A stretch of DNA of 64,000 nt from Candidatus Moraniibacteriota bacterium (GCA_030645735.1 JAUSNP010000005.1:8151-72150), one strand, 5' to 3'. Shown: positions 19,497 to 28,969, counted from the stretch's first letter. The notes: a model not told the origin generated them from the sequence alone. Numbers and translations are program-made.

Positions 19497-19898
19497 ATGA
19501 ACAAGGCCTATGATTGGTATCAACAATTGGCAAAACCAACTTGGTCACCACCGAGCTGGGTGTTTGGTCCGGTGTGGACATTTTTGTATGTTTTGATCGC
19601 GATTTCTTTTGGTAGAGTTTTTTGGCTGTTGCTCAAGAAACAAATTCCATTCTTGGTGGCTTTGCCTTTCATTTTGAATTTGATTTTCAATTTTTCTTTC
19701 ACTCCGATTCAATTCGGACTCAAAAACAATTATCTGGCGGCTATTGATATTCTCTTGGTGCTGGTCACACTCATCTGGAGCATGGTTGCAATTTTTCCCT
19801 ATGCGCGCTGGATCACCTACATTCAAATCCCATATCTCGTGTGGGTCTCTTTTGCCACAATTTTGCAGCTGACAATAACATATTTGAATTGGAAATAA
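19497..19898 (+). CDS. tspO: TspO/MBR family tryptophan-rich sensory protein (copy 1, short form)
   Basis: 133 aa; WYQQLAKPTWSPPSWVFGPVWTFLY is the TspO signature. Confidence 0.8.
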   Translation: MNKAYDWYQQLAKPTWSPPSWVFGPVWTFLYVLIAISFGRVFWLLLKKQIPFLVALPFILNLIFNFSFTPIQFGLKNNYLAAIDILLVLVTLIWSMVAIFPYARWITYIQIPYLVWVSFATILQLTITYLNWK

Positions 19899-19902
19899 GC
19901 TG

Positions 19903-19965
19903 TGGTTTCCGAGTTATCCACAGGATGAAGAATAGACAGAAGTTTGTTATGATGATATAATATCA
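19903..19965 (+). promoter_or_regulatory. promoter element with TTATCCACAG box (copy 3)
   Basis: gAGTTATCCACAGg ... TAGACA ... TATAAT. Confidence 0.5.
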
Positions 19966-19989
19966 CCATAACAAATTAAAATAAAAAAT

Positions 19990-21006
19990 ATGGTGAAAAA
20001 ACAAAAAGAAGCTCCAAAACAAGGGGAGATTATAATCTACAAGGACAAGCGCGGGGAAATCGAGCTTGAGGTTAATGTTGGCGACGAGACTATATGGCTT
20101 ACACAAAAACAAATTGCAGATCTATTTGATAAGGGAGTTCCTGCAATAAATGAGCATATAAACAATATATACAAAGAGAAAGAGTTGAGTAGAAGGGCAA
20201 CTATTCGGAAATTCCGAATAGTTCGTTTAGAAGGCAAAAGAATGGTTGAACGTGAAGTGGACTCTTATAGCTTAGATATGGTTCTATCTGTTGGTTATAG
20301 AGTTAGTTCAAAACGTGCCACTCAATTCCGTATTTGGGCAACCAATGTTTTGAAAGAACATCTTTTGAAAGGTTACACGGTGAATCAAAAAAGATTGTTG
20401 CAAGAACGAGAAAATTTTGAAAAATTGCAAAAAACCATTGCGTTTTTGCGCGAGAAGGCGCACGCTAAAACTTTGCAAGGGCAGGAGAGTGAGATTTTAG
20501 ATCTTTTGGGTGACTATGCCAGAACACTGACCTTTTTGGAGCAATATGACAAAAGCAAATTGAAAGTGGCGCGCGCGGGGAAGGCGAAGTTTGTTTTGAA
20601 ATATGAGGTTTGCCAGAATATTGTAACGGAGATCAAGCGTGAGTTGATGGCCAAGAAAGAAGCGAGCGATATTTTTGGCACCCAGCGTAGCGGAGCTTTT
20701 GAATCTGTTATCAAAAATTTATACCAAACTTTTGGTGGCAAAGAATTGTATGCCAATCTAGAAACGAAAGCGGCTCATCTTTTGTATCTAGTCATCAAAG
20801 ATCATCCATTTTCTGATGGCAACAAGCGCATCGGCGCATTCTTGTTTGTATACTTCTTAGACAAAAACAGATATCTTTATGACACCAAGGGTGAAAAGAA
20901 AATCAATGACAACGCTTTGACGGCTTTGGCTTTGTTGGTGGCAGAAAGCAATCCAAAAGAAAAAGATGTTATAATTGCCTTGATAACTAATTTGTTGAAT
21001 AAATAG
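19990..21006 (+). CDS. RhuM-family protein with C-terminal Doc/Fic domain
   Basis: 338 aa; N-terminal Bro-N/ORF6N-like block (GEIELEVNVGDETIWLTQKQIADLF); C-terminal HPFSDGNKRIGAF fits the Doc-type HxFx(D/N)GNKR motif. Confidence 0.7.
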   Translation: MVKKQKEAPKQGEIIIYKDKRGEIELEVNVGDETIWLTQKQIADLFDKGVPAINEHINNIYKEKELSRRATIRKFRIVRLEGKRMVEREVDSYSLDMVLSVGYRVSSKRATQFRIWATNVLKEHLLKGYTVNQKRLLQERENFEKLQKTIAFLREKAHAKTLQGQESEILDLLGDYARTLTFLEQYDKSKLKVARAGKAKFVLKYEVCQNIVTEIKRELMAKKEASDIFGTQRSGAFESVIKNLYQTFGGKELYANLETKAAHLLYLVIKDHPFSDGNKRIGAFLFVYFLDKNRYLYDTKGEKKINDNALTALALLVAESNPKEKDVIIALITNLLNK

Positions 21007-21012
21007 AAAGAT

Positions 21013-21705
21013 ATGATTCTAGGATTTTCATCAGGATGTCTGCACAAAACGCATGATCGAATGGCCAAGGGAACTTTTGATGTATTTCGAAAACTTGGGT
21101 GCAATGCAATTGAAATCATGTGCTATGACGTCGAAAGTGTTTCGAGATTGGCTGAAATTTCGCTAGATGATTTGCAAGGTTTTGAGCACATCTCTCTGCA
21201 TGCACCATTGTTGCAAGAAGTTTCTGCCGAAGATTTGGAGGGAGTTTTGCGTCAAATTGAAGTGGCGCAGAAAAGAATTGGCTTTGCCTATGTGGTCGTG
21301 CATCCAGACAAAAGCATTGATTGGAAAACTTTGTCAAAATTTGCCATTCCGTTTGCAGTTGAGAATATGGATAATCGAAAGGATTTTTATCGCAATGTTG
21401 CAGATCTGCAAGAATTGTTTGCACAGTTTGATGCGAAAATGGTGTTGGATTTGAATCATTGTTTTGTGAATGATTCGACTATGCAATTGGCAAAAGAGTT
21501 TGTGAAAGCTTTCCCCGACAGAATTGCTGGAATTCACTTGAGCGGATTTGAAACCTTTCATGATCCACTGCACAAAACGCAACAACAAGAAATTCTCGAT
21601 GCGGTTTTCAACAAAAACATCCCAATCATAATCGAAAGTGGTTGCGAGACAGAGCTGGACGTGGAAAAAGAATATTTGTATGTAAAAAATAAATTAAGCA
21701 ATTAA
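21013..21705 (+). CDS. sugar phosphate isomerase/epimerase (xylose isomerase-like TIM barrel)
   Basis: 230 aa; ISLHAP, VVVHPD, AVENM, LDLNHC motifs. Confidence 0.65.
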   Translation: MILGFSSGCLHKTHDRMAKGTFDVFRKLGCNAIEIMCYDVESVSRLAEISLDDLQGFEHISLHAPLLQEVSAEDLEGVLRQIEVAQKRIGFAYVVVHPDKSIDWKTLSKFAIPFAVENMDNRKDFYRNVADLQELFAQFDAKMVLDLNHCFVNDSTMQLAKEFVKAFPDRIAGIHLSGFETFHDPLHKTQQQEILDAVFNKNIPIIIESGCETELDVEKEYLYVKNKLSN

Positions 21706-21716
21706 AATAAAAAAAT

Positions 21717-22118
21717 ATGAACAAGGCATATGATTGGTACCAACAACTTGCAAAACCGACTTGGTCGCCACCGAGCTGGGTGTTTGGTCCAGTGTGGACA
21801 TTTTTGTATGTTTTGATCGCGATTTCTTTTGGTAGAGTTTTTTGGCTGTTGCTCAAGAAACAAATTCCATTCTTGGTGGCTTTGCCTTTCATTTTGAACT
21901 TGATTTTCAATTTTTCTTTCACGCCAATCCAGTTTGGTCTCAAGAATAATTATCTGGCGGCCATCGATATTCTCTTGGTTCTGGTCACGCTCATCTGGAG
22001 CATGGTTGGAATCTTTCCCTACGCACGCTGGATCACCTACATTCAAATTCCATATCTTGTGTGGGTCTCTTTCGCCACAATTTTGCAACTGACAATAACA
22101 TATTTGAATTGGAAATAA
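21717..22118 (+). CDS. tspO: TspO/MBR family protein (copy 2)
   Basis: 133 aa; one substitution versus copy 1 (A-to-G at MV[A/G]IFPY); DNA ~95% identical. Confidence 0.8.
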   Translation: MNKAYDWYQQLAKPTWSPPSWVFGPVWTFLYVLIAISFGRVFWLLLKKQIPFLVALPFILNLIFNFSFTPIQFGLKNNYLAAIDILLVLVTLIWSMVGIFPYARWITYIQIPYLVWVSFATILQLTITYLNWK

Positions 22119-22147
22119 TAACTAATTTGTTGAATAAATAAAATTTT

Positions 22148-22516
22148 ATGATCACACCTGGACTAAAAAAATTCATCGAAGCAAATGCCATGGCTTTGGC
22201 GACTGTGGGCAAGAATGGCAAACCACATAGTATTGCAGTGGCGTATGTGAAAGTGGTTGAGGATAATTTGGTCATAACTAATGCGCATATCAAAGAATCA
22301 ATCAAAAACATTGCGCTCAATGCTAATGTTTCTATCGCCATCTGGAACAAAGACTGGGAAAAAGCTTGCGTGGGCTATGAAATCACCGGCAAAGCTAAGA
22401 ATTATACTAGCGGTAAATGGTTTGATTTTGTTTGTAATATGCCGGATAATGAAGGTGAAAAAGTGCACAGCGCCATTGTGGTCAAAATTTCGAAAATTAA
22501 AAAATTGGAGTCATAA
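22148..22516 (+). CDS. pyridoxamine 5'-phosphate oxidase-family FMN-binding protein
   Basis: 122 aa; split-barrel pattern (ALATVGKNGKPHSIAVAYVKVVEDNLVIT). Confidence 0.6.
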   Translation: MITPGLKKFIEANAMALATVGKNGKPHSIAVAYVKVVEDNLVITNAHIKESIKNIALNANVSIAIWNKDWEKACVGYEITGKAKNYTSGKWFDFVCNMPDNEGEKVHSAIVVKISKIKKLES

Positions 22517-22540
22517 AAATAAATATTTAACACAAAAATT

Positions 22541-22816
22541 ATGTTAGACAAAAAACTCAAAGAAGCCATGGAATTGTTGGGCGGAAAAGCGGTAGTGAAG
22601 GACGGCGAACAGGTTTATGTGGTTATGACTCTGCGGGAATTCAAAAAGGTGAAGCAAGAGGGCATTGAGGGCTTGACAAAGCAGGAATTGGTTGATAAGA
22701 TTAACAACGATATAGCCAGCTGGAAGTTTGTCCAAGAGGAGAAACAGGCTGAGCTGATTGAGCTGGAAGAAATCAGCGAAATCGACAATTCTGAGGTGAC
22801 CTACGAGAAGGCCTAA
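22541..22816 (+). CDS. hypothetical protein (possible Phd/YefM-like fold)
   Basis: 91 aa; KAVVKDGEQVYVVMTLREFKKV resembles the antitoxin N-terminal fold; no partner toxin nearby. Confidence 0.3.
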   Translation: MLDKKLKEAMELLGGKAVVKDGEQVYVVMTLREFKKVKQEGIEGLTKQELVDKINNDIASWKFVQEEKQAELIELEEISEIDNSEVTYEKA

Positions 22817-22871
22817 ATTATGGAAATAGTTTGTGAGATCCCTCGATAAACTCGGGATGATTCCGCAAAAC

Positions 22872-22935
22872 GGAATCACTTATCCACAGGTCAAAAAGCG
22901 GGGAAGCTTGCCAAGAATTGAAAGGTGGTATAAAA
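22872..22935 (+). promoter_or_regulatory. tuf promoter with TTATCCACAG box (copy 4)
   Basis: cacTTATCCACAGg ... TTGCCA ... TATAAA, followed by three short hairpins in the leader (22960-23030). Confidence 0.45.
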
Positions 22936-23039
22936 TAAGTAAACTAAGTAAAATAATAATTTAATTCGTATTTATTTGCGAATCCGGTTTATATTCCGGA
23001 TTTAATTCGTGAAATAAAACGAATATATAAACTAATAAT

Positions 23040-24233
23040 ATGGCAACAGCACAATTCGAAAGAACCAAGCCCCATGTTAACGTTGGTACAATCGGCCACG
23101 TTGATCACGGCAAAACTACTCTAACTGCAGCTATCCTGCACGTTTTGGCGTTCAAAGGCCAAGCTAAAGAAAGAGGAATCGACGAAATCGACAAGGCTCC
23201 AGAAGAGAAGGAACGAGGTATTACCATTGCAACAGCTCATTGTGAATATGAATCAGAAAAAAGACATTACGCTCATGTTGACTGTCCGGGACATGCTGAC
23301 TACATCAAGAACATGATCACTGGTGCAGCTCAAATGGACGGTGCTATCTTGGTTGTTGCTGCGACTGACGGTCCTATGCCACAAACTCGAGAACACATTC
23401 TTTTGGCAAAGCAAGTTGGTGTGCCAGAAATCGTAGTATTCTTGAACAAGGTTGATATGGTTGACGACGAAGAGCTAGTTGAACTAGTTGAGGCTGAAGT
23501 TCGTGAATTGTTGACAAAATATGAATTTGATGGTGATAACGCTAAAATCATCCGTGGTTCAGCTTTGAAAGCTCTTGAATCAAAATCTGGTGATGATGAA
23601 GCGGCTAAACCAATTTGGGATTTGATTGCTGCAGTTGATGAAAAAATTCCAGATCCAGTTCGTGAAACAGAAAAACCATTCTTGCTACCAATCGAAGATA
23701 TCTTCTCAATTGAAGGTCGTGGAACAGTAGTAACAGGCCGAATCGAACGAGGAGTTATCAATATCAATGAAGAAGTTGAAATCGTAGGTATCCGACCAAC
23801 AGCTAAAACTGTAGTCACTGGTATCGAAATGTTCAACAAATCTCTTGCAAGAGGTGAAGCTGGAGACAACGCTGGACTTCTACTTCGTGGAATCAAGAAA
23901 GAAGATGTAGAGCGAGGTCAAGTATTGGCTAAAACTGGTTCAATCACTCCTCATACTGAATTTGAAGGTGAAGTATACATTTTGACAAAGGAAGAAGGCG
24001 GACGACACACTCCATTCTTCAAGGGTTACAAACCACAATTCTACATCCGAACAACTGATGTGACTGGTGAAGTATTCCTTCCAGAAGGAACTGAAATGGT
24101 TATGCCGGGAGACACAATTAACTTCAATGTTAAATTGGGAGCCCCAGTAGCTATGGAAGACGGAATGCGCTTCGCTATCCGTGAAGGAGGCCGCACAGTA
24201 GGTGCTGGAGTAGTTACAAAGATCATTAAATAA
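23040..24233 (+). CDS. tuf: elongation factor Tu
   Basis: 397 aa; [18 protein letters not shown] motifs. Confidence 0.95.
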   Translation: MATAQFERTKPHVNVGTIGHVDHGKTTLTAAILHVLAFKGQAKERGIDEIDKAPEEKERGITIATAHCEYESEKRHYAHVDCPGHADYIKNMITGAAQMDGAILVVAATDGPMPQTREHILLAKQVGVPEIVVFLNKVDMVDDEELVELVEAEVRELLTKYEFDGDNAKIIRGSALKALESKSGDDEAAKPIWDLIAAVDEKIPDPVRETEKPFLLPIEDIFSIEGRGTVVTGRIERGVININEEVEIVGIRPTAKTVVTGIEMFNKSLARGEAGDNAGLLLRGIKKEDVERGQVLAKTGSITPHTEFEGEVYILTKEEGGRHTPFFKGYKPQFYIRTTDVTGEVFLPEGTEMVMPGDTINFNVKLGAPVAMEDGMRFAIREGGRTVGAGVVTKIIK

Positions 24234-24333
24234 ATTTGACTTTTGGGATCGCTTATGAAAACATTTGACATAAGCGATCTTATAAAGTAAGATTTATAAA
24301 TACAATAATAAAGAAAAACTTTCATTAAAAAAG

Positions 24334-24660
24334 ATGATAAAAAAGGAAGAAGAGGCAAAATCTAGAATCCGAATCAAGATTAAGGCGTATGATCATAAAA
24401 TCATTGATCAGACTGCCAAGCAAATCGTTGAGACAGCTGAGAGATCAGGAGCAACCATTACCGGTCCAGTTCCACTACCAACTGAAATCAGAAAATTCAC
24501 CGTCAACAAATCAACATTTGTTCACAAGGATGCTAGAGACCAATATGAAATGCGCATGCATAAGAGAATTATTGATATCTGGAACCCAACCCCAAAAACC
24601 ATTGATAGTCTGACTAATTTGGACCTACCAGCGGGAGTGGATATCGAGATAAAAATGTAA
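24334..24660 (+). CDS. rpsJ: 30S ribosomal protein S10
   Basis: 108 aa; [15 protein letters not shown]. Confidence 0.9.
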   Translation: MIKKEEEAKSRIRIKIKAYDHKIIDQTAKQIVETAERSGATITGPVPLPTEIRKFTVNKSTFVHKDARDQYEMRMHKRIIDIWNPTPKTIDSLTNLDLPAGVDIEIKM

Positions 24661-24797
24661 TTTAAGAGAAGTTATTATAGAATACTAGTTAAAGTCCTGA
24701 GCAATTGGGATACTCAACCAGAATAAATCGGGAATAATCCCCATGACTGGAGTAACTGGACTGTGGATACCCGATTTTTTATTTGTAAAAAAAGACT

Positions 24798-25358
24798 ATG
24801 GCAAAATTCATATTAGGAAGAAAACTTGGAATGACAACCATCTTCAATGATGCGCGAGAAGCACTAAATGTGACTCTTGTTGAATGTGATACAAAAGTTT
24901 CTTTGATCAGAACAGAAGAAAAAGACGGATTTGTGGCAGTGCAGTTGGCAATGCCAAAAACCAAAAACAAGACTTTCAAAAAAGAATTCAGAATTGCAGC
25001 AACTGACATGAAGATTGGTGATGAAGTTGGTGTGGAATCTTTCGAAATTGGAGACAAGGTGAATATCAGCGGACTTGGCAAAGCAAAGGGCTTCCAAGGT
25101 GTTGTGAAGCGCTATGGTTTCAAGGGAGGAAATGCTTCCCACGGAGGCAAGCACAATTTGCGACAACCTGGTTCAATTGGAGCCGGTTATCCAGAACATG
25201 TTATCAAGGGCAAGAGAATGGCTGGACGCATGGGTGGCAAGAGAGTTACTAGCAAGGCAGTTAAAGTAGTTTTCATAGATAAAGCAAAGAATTTGATGGC
25301 CCTCAAAGGTGCAGTACCAGGCGTGCCTGGAGCAATGGTGGAAATCTATCAAGCATAA
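24798..25358 (+). CDS. rplC: 50S ribosomal protein L3
   Basis: 186 aa; GRKLGMTTIF. Confidence 0.9.
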   Translation: MAKFILGRKLGMTTIFNDAREALNVTLVECDTKVSLIRTEEKDGFVAVQLAMPKTKNKTFKKEFRIAATDMKIGDEVGVESFEIGDKVNISGLGKAKGFQGVVKRYGFKGGNASHGGKHNLRQPGSIGAGYPEHVIKGKRMAGRMGGKRVTSKAVKVVFIDKAKNLMALKGAVPGVPGAMVEIYQA

Positions 25359-25400
25359 TTTAGACAAAAGACATTTGATTAAATAATTAGCGAAATCGGC

Positions 25401-26033
25401 ATGTTAGTTAAGTTATACAATACAGAAGGAAAAGAAGTAAAAGAAATCGAAGTTTCTGATGCAGTTTTCGGATTGCCTGCAAATGATGATTTGGTTCATC
25501 AGATTTTCGTTTCATTAGGAGCTAATCAAAGACAAGTTTTGGCTCACACCAAGACTCGAGGAGAAAGATCTGGTTCTGGTATCAAACCATGGAAACAAAA
25601 AGGAACAGGACGCGCTCGAGTAGGTTCAAGCCGAACTCCAACCTGGAGAGGTGGAGGTGTAGCTTTTGGACCAACTAAAGAACGCAATTTCAAAGTGAAA
25701 ATCAACAAGAAAATGAACGCCAAAGCTATTTTGACCGTTCTTAGCGCCAAATTGCGCGAAGGTGAAATGGTTGTACTAGACAAGTTGGCTTTGAAAGAAA
25801 AGAAAACCAAGGAAATGGCACAAGTTTTGAAAAATCTAGGTGTGAAAGGCCGAATGTTGATCGGATTTGCTCCAGAAGAGCGCGATATGCGCATCTACAG
25901 CCGCAACTTGGTGAAAGTTAACAATATTTTAGTAGAAAAATTGAACGTTTTGGATATGTTGAATAACAAGAATTTGATTTTGACTCAAGATTCAATCAAA
26001 TATTTGGAAGAGAAGTACCAAGCTAAGGCATAA
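25401..26033 (+). CDS. rplD: 50S ribosomal protein L4
   Basis: 210 aa; KPWKQKGTGRAR. Confidence 0.9.
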   Translation: MLVKLYNTEGKEVKEIEVSDAVFGLPANDDLVHQIFVSLGANQRQVLAHTKTRGERSGSGIKPWKQKGTGRARVGSSRTPTWRGGGVAFGPTKERNFKVKINKKMNAKAILTVLSAKLREGEMVVLDKLALKEKKTKEMAQVLKNLGVKGRMLIGFAPEERDMRIYSRNLVKVNNILVEKLNVLDMLNNKNLILTQDSIKYLEEKYQAKA

Positions 26034-26052
26034 TAAAAAGAATCGAAACGAA

Positions 26053-26397
26053 ATGAAACAGACAAGTAAAAAAGTTAATAAGGCGAATAGAATTAAAAAG
26101 GCAACTGGCGCAAGCATTGCGTATAGAGTTTTGATTGAGCCAATTATCACTGAGGCTGCTACTATGGCAATCGAATTGAACAAGTACACTTTCAAAGTCT
26201 CAACTGATTCTACCAAGGATCAAATCAAGACTGCGATTGAGGAATTGTACAAGGTGAAAGTTATCTCAGTTAACACCCTAAATACTCATAGAAAACCAGT
26301 CAGTCATGGCCGAACTCCAGGATTCAAAGCTGCTAGCAAGAAAGCAATTGTAACATTGAAAGCAGGAGATTCAATCGAATTATTTAAAGGAGTATAA
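26053..26397 (+). CDS. rplW: 50S ribosomal protein L23
   Basis: 114 aa; conserved operon position and L23-like core. Confidence 0.8.
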   Translation: MKQTSKKVNKANRIKKATGASIAYRVLIEPIITEAATMAIELNKYTFKVSTDSTKDQIKTAIEELYKVKVISVNTLNTHRKPVSHGRTPGFKAASKKAIVTLKAGDSIELFKGV

Positions 26398-26421
26398 GGA
26401 CTAAACTGAAAGATTAAAAAT

Positions 26422-27255
26422 ATGGCAATTAAAGTATACAAAAAGAATACCGCTGGACGAAGAAACATGTCGATTGTAAAATCGGAGGATGTTTCTAGTA
26501 AAAAACCAGAAAAGTCCCTGATGGCTCCAATGAAGAGCAAGGCTGGACGTTCACACGGAAAGATTTCTGTGCGTCATCAAGGTGGTGGAGCCAAAAGACG
26601 ATACCGAATTGTTGATTTCAGACAAGATAAGTTTGGTATTCCTGGCAAGATTGCAGCGATTGAACGAGATCCAAATCGATCATCTTTCATTGCTTTGATC
26701 AATTATGTTGATGGAGAGAAAAGATATATCTTGGCTTCTGAAGGAATGAAAGCTGGAATGGAAATTTTGACAGCTGAGAATGCGCCAATCAAATTGGGCA
26801 ACCGAACAAAAGTGAAGAACATTCCAACTGGAACAACTATCTGTAATTTGGAACTATTCCCAGGCAAAGGTGGACAAATTGTTCGTGGAGCTGGTTCAAG
26901 CGCAATTTTGACAGCCGTGGAAGACAAGACTGCTCAAGTGAAAATGCCATCTGGAGAAATTCGATTGGTGAGCAGTGATTGCTATGCTACAATTGGACAA
27001 GTTAGTAATTTTGAACATAATGCAGTTAATATCGGAAAAGCTGGACGTAAACGTCATATGGGCGTTCGACCGGGTGTTCGAGGAACCGTTATGAATCCAG
27101 TGGACCATCCACATGGAGGAGGCGAAGGCAAGCAAGGAATTGGCTTGAAACATCCGAAGACTCCATGGGGCAAGCCGGCTCTTGGAAAGAAAACCAGAAA
27201 GAAAAAGAGATATAGTAATAAGTTTATAATCAAGCGAAGACAAAAGAGAAAATAA
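26422..27255 (+). CDS. rplB: 50S ribosomal protein L2
   Basis: 277 aa; HPHGGGEGK motif. Confidence 0.95.
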   Translation: MAIKVYKKNTAGRRNMSIVKSEDVSSKKPEKSLMAPMKSKAGRSHGKISVRHQGGGAKRRYRIVDFRQDKFGIPGKIAAIERDPNRSSFIALINYVDGEKRYILASEGMKAGMEILTAENAPIKLGNRTKVKNIPTGTTICNLELFPGKGGQIVRGAGSSAILTAVEDKTAQVKMPSGEIRLVSSDCYATIGQVSNFEHNAVNIGKAGRKRHMGVRPGVRGTVMNPVDHPHGGGEGKQGIGLKHPKTPWGKPALGKKTRKKKRYSNKFIIKRRQKRK

Positions 27256-27273
27256 TTCAGATACATAACAACT

Positions 27274-27618
27274 ATGACAAGAAGTCTAAAAAAAGGTCTG
27301 TATATAGACGAAAGATTAATAAAGAAGATTCAAAATAGACCAGCTGGTGATAAATCCACCATGAATATCTGGGCTAGAGCGAGTGTTATTTCTCCTGAAA
27401 TGATCGGAATCACTTTCGGTGTGCATAATGGAAGAAAACACATCCCTGTATTTGTGACTGAAGAAATGGTTGGACACAAATTTGGAGAATTCTCACTGAC
27501 ACGGACTTTCAATAGACACGGAGGAAAGATGCAGAAAGAAATTGAACAAGCGGCTAAACAAAAAGAACTGGATGCCTCTAAAGCTGCCAAGGCAGGTGGA
27601 GACGCAAAAAAGAAATAA
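27274..27618 (+). CDS. rpsS: 30S ribosomal protein S19 (Lys-rich C-terminal extension)
   Basis: 114 aa; [21 protein letters not shown]. Confidence 0.9.
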   Translation: MTRSLKKGLYIDERLIKKIQNRPAGDKSTMNIWARASVISPEMIGITFGVHNGRKHIPVFVTEEMVGHKFGEFSLTRTFNRHGGKMQKEIEQAAKQKELDASKAAKAGGDAKKK

Positions 27619-27723
27619 TGATATAAATCGCGAATCAACACAAATCTGACTCGAATAATCGCGAATAAAAAATTAGAGAATATTAGTGAATAGATTAGAG
27701 ATTAATTAGAGATTTATAACATC

Positions 27724-28275
27724 ATGAAAGTATCAGCAAAACTAAACAATTTCAGAATGCCAAACCGAAAGGTTAAATTGGTAGCCGACCTAATGATAGG
27801 TATGGATGTTGCCGATGCTTTGAATCAGCTCAATGCAACTGCCAAAAAGACTGCGCCGTTTTTGATTACTCTTTTGGACAGTGCCATTGCAAATGGTGAA
27901 AACAATTTCGGAATCAACAAGGATAACATGTATATTTTCGACGTAGTAGTGAAAGAAGGAATTACTTTGAAAAGATGGATGCCGAAAGCTTATGGCCGAG
28001 CCACTCCAATCCGACGTCGCTCATCTCACATCGAGATCGTGCTAGAAGAAAGATTTGAAGGTAAAGACCGCAAGACCAAAGAGCAATTGGAAAAAGAAAA
28101 GAAAGCTCGTTTGGACGCAAGAAAGAAACTGGAAAAAGATTCAATAGATAAGCAAGAAAAAGAAACCAAGGCTGTTGAGAAGAATGAAGTGAAATCAAAA
28201 GACGCCCGCACAGAAACGAAAGCTTCTGACAAGGGCTGGGCTAAGAAGATGTTTAATAGAAAAGCTGGAATGTAA
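27724..28275 (+). CDS. rplV: 50S ribosomal protein L22 (KE-rich C-terminal extension)
   Basis: 183 aa; L22 core plus ~70-aa charged tail. Confidence 0.9.
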   Translation: MKVSAKLNNFRMPNRKVKLVADLMIGMDVADALNQLNATAKKTAPFLITLLDSAIANGENNFGINKDNMYIFDVVVKEGITLKRWMPKAYGRATPIRRRSSHIEIVLEERFEGKDRKTKEQLEKEKKARLDARKKLEKDSIDKQEKETKAVEKNEVKSKDARTETKASDKGWAKKMFNRKAGM

Positions 28276-28309
28276 TTTAAATAGTTTATTGTAAGAACTA
28301 AAAAAGGCT

Positions 28310-28969
28310 ATGGGAAAAAAAGTAAACCCAGTTGGACTCCGAATAGGTATCACGAATACATGGAAATCAAAGTGGTTCGGAGGGAAAAAAGAATATACAA
28401 GCAATCTTAGACAAGATATAGAAATCCGCGAGGCTGTGTCTAAAAAATGGAAAGCAGCTGCGATTGCTGAAGTTGAGATTGAAAGATCTGCAGCGATGGT
28501 GAAAATCATTGTAAAAACTGCTCGACCAGGTGTTTTGATTGGACGAGGTGGAAGCGGAGTGGAAGATATTCAGAGCTATGTGAAAACCAATTTTTTCAAA
28601 ATGAAAAAGATTGCGTTGAAGATTGAAATTCAGGAAGTGAAAAATTTTGAAGAAAATGCATCCCTCATTGCGCAAAACATTGCTGAGCAATTGGAGAAAA
28701 GAATCGCTTTCCGACGCGCAATGAAATCAATGCTAGATCAAGTTACGAAAAATACGTCAATTAAGGGAGTTAAGATAGAAATGTCAGGCCGACTAGGTGG
28801 AGCAGAAATGGCGAGACGAGAATGGTCAAGCAAAGGCACATTGCCATTGCACACCCTTCGCGCAAACATTGATTTTGCCAGAGCGACAGCCTATACAACT
28901 TATGGAACATTGGGTGTGAAGGTTTGGTTGTACAAGGGAGAAGTATTTAATAATGAAAACAAGAAATAA
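28310..28969 (+). CDS. rpsC: 30S ribosomal protein S3
   Basis: 219 aa; KH-domain S3. Confidence 0.9.
   Translation: MGKKVNPVGLRIGITNTWKSKWFGGKKEYTSNLRQDIEIREAVSKKWKAAAIAEVEIERSAAMVKIIVKTARPGVLIGRGGSGVEDIQSYVKTNFFKMKKIALKIEIQEVKNFEENASLIAQNIAEQLEKRIAFRRAMKSMLDQVTKNTSIKGVKIEMSGRLGGAEMARREWSSKGTLPLHTLRANIDFARATAYTTYGTLGVKVWLYKGEVFNNENKK

Noticed and set aside
3810-22888. DnaA-box 9-mers as a chromosomal origin
   Set aside because: The boxes are spread over 19 kb, one per promoter. There is no dnaA or dnaN gene and no AT-rich unwinding element cluster. This is not an oriC architecture.
23330-23896. 188-aa minus-strand ORF inside tuf
   Set aside because: Antisense to EF-Tu. Ser/Thr-rich translation. 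Spurious.
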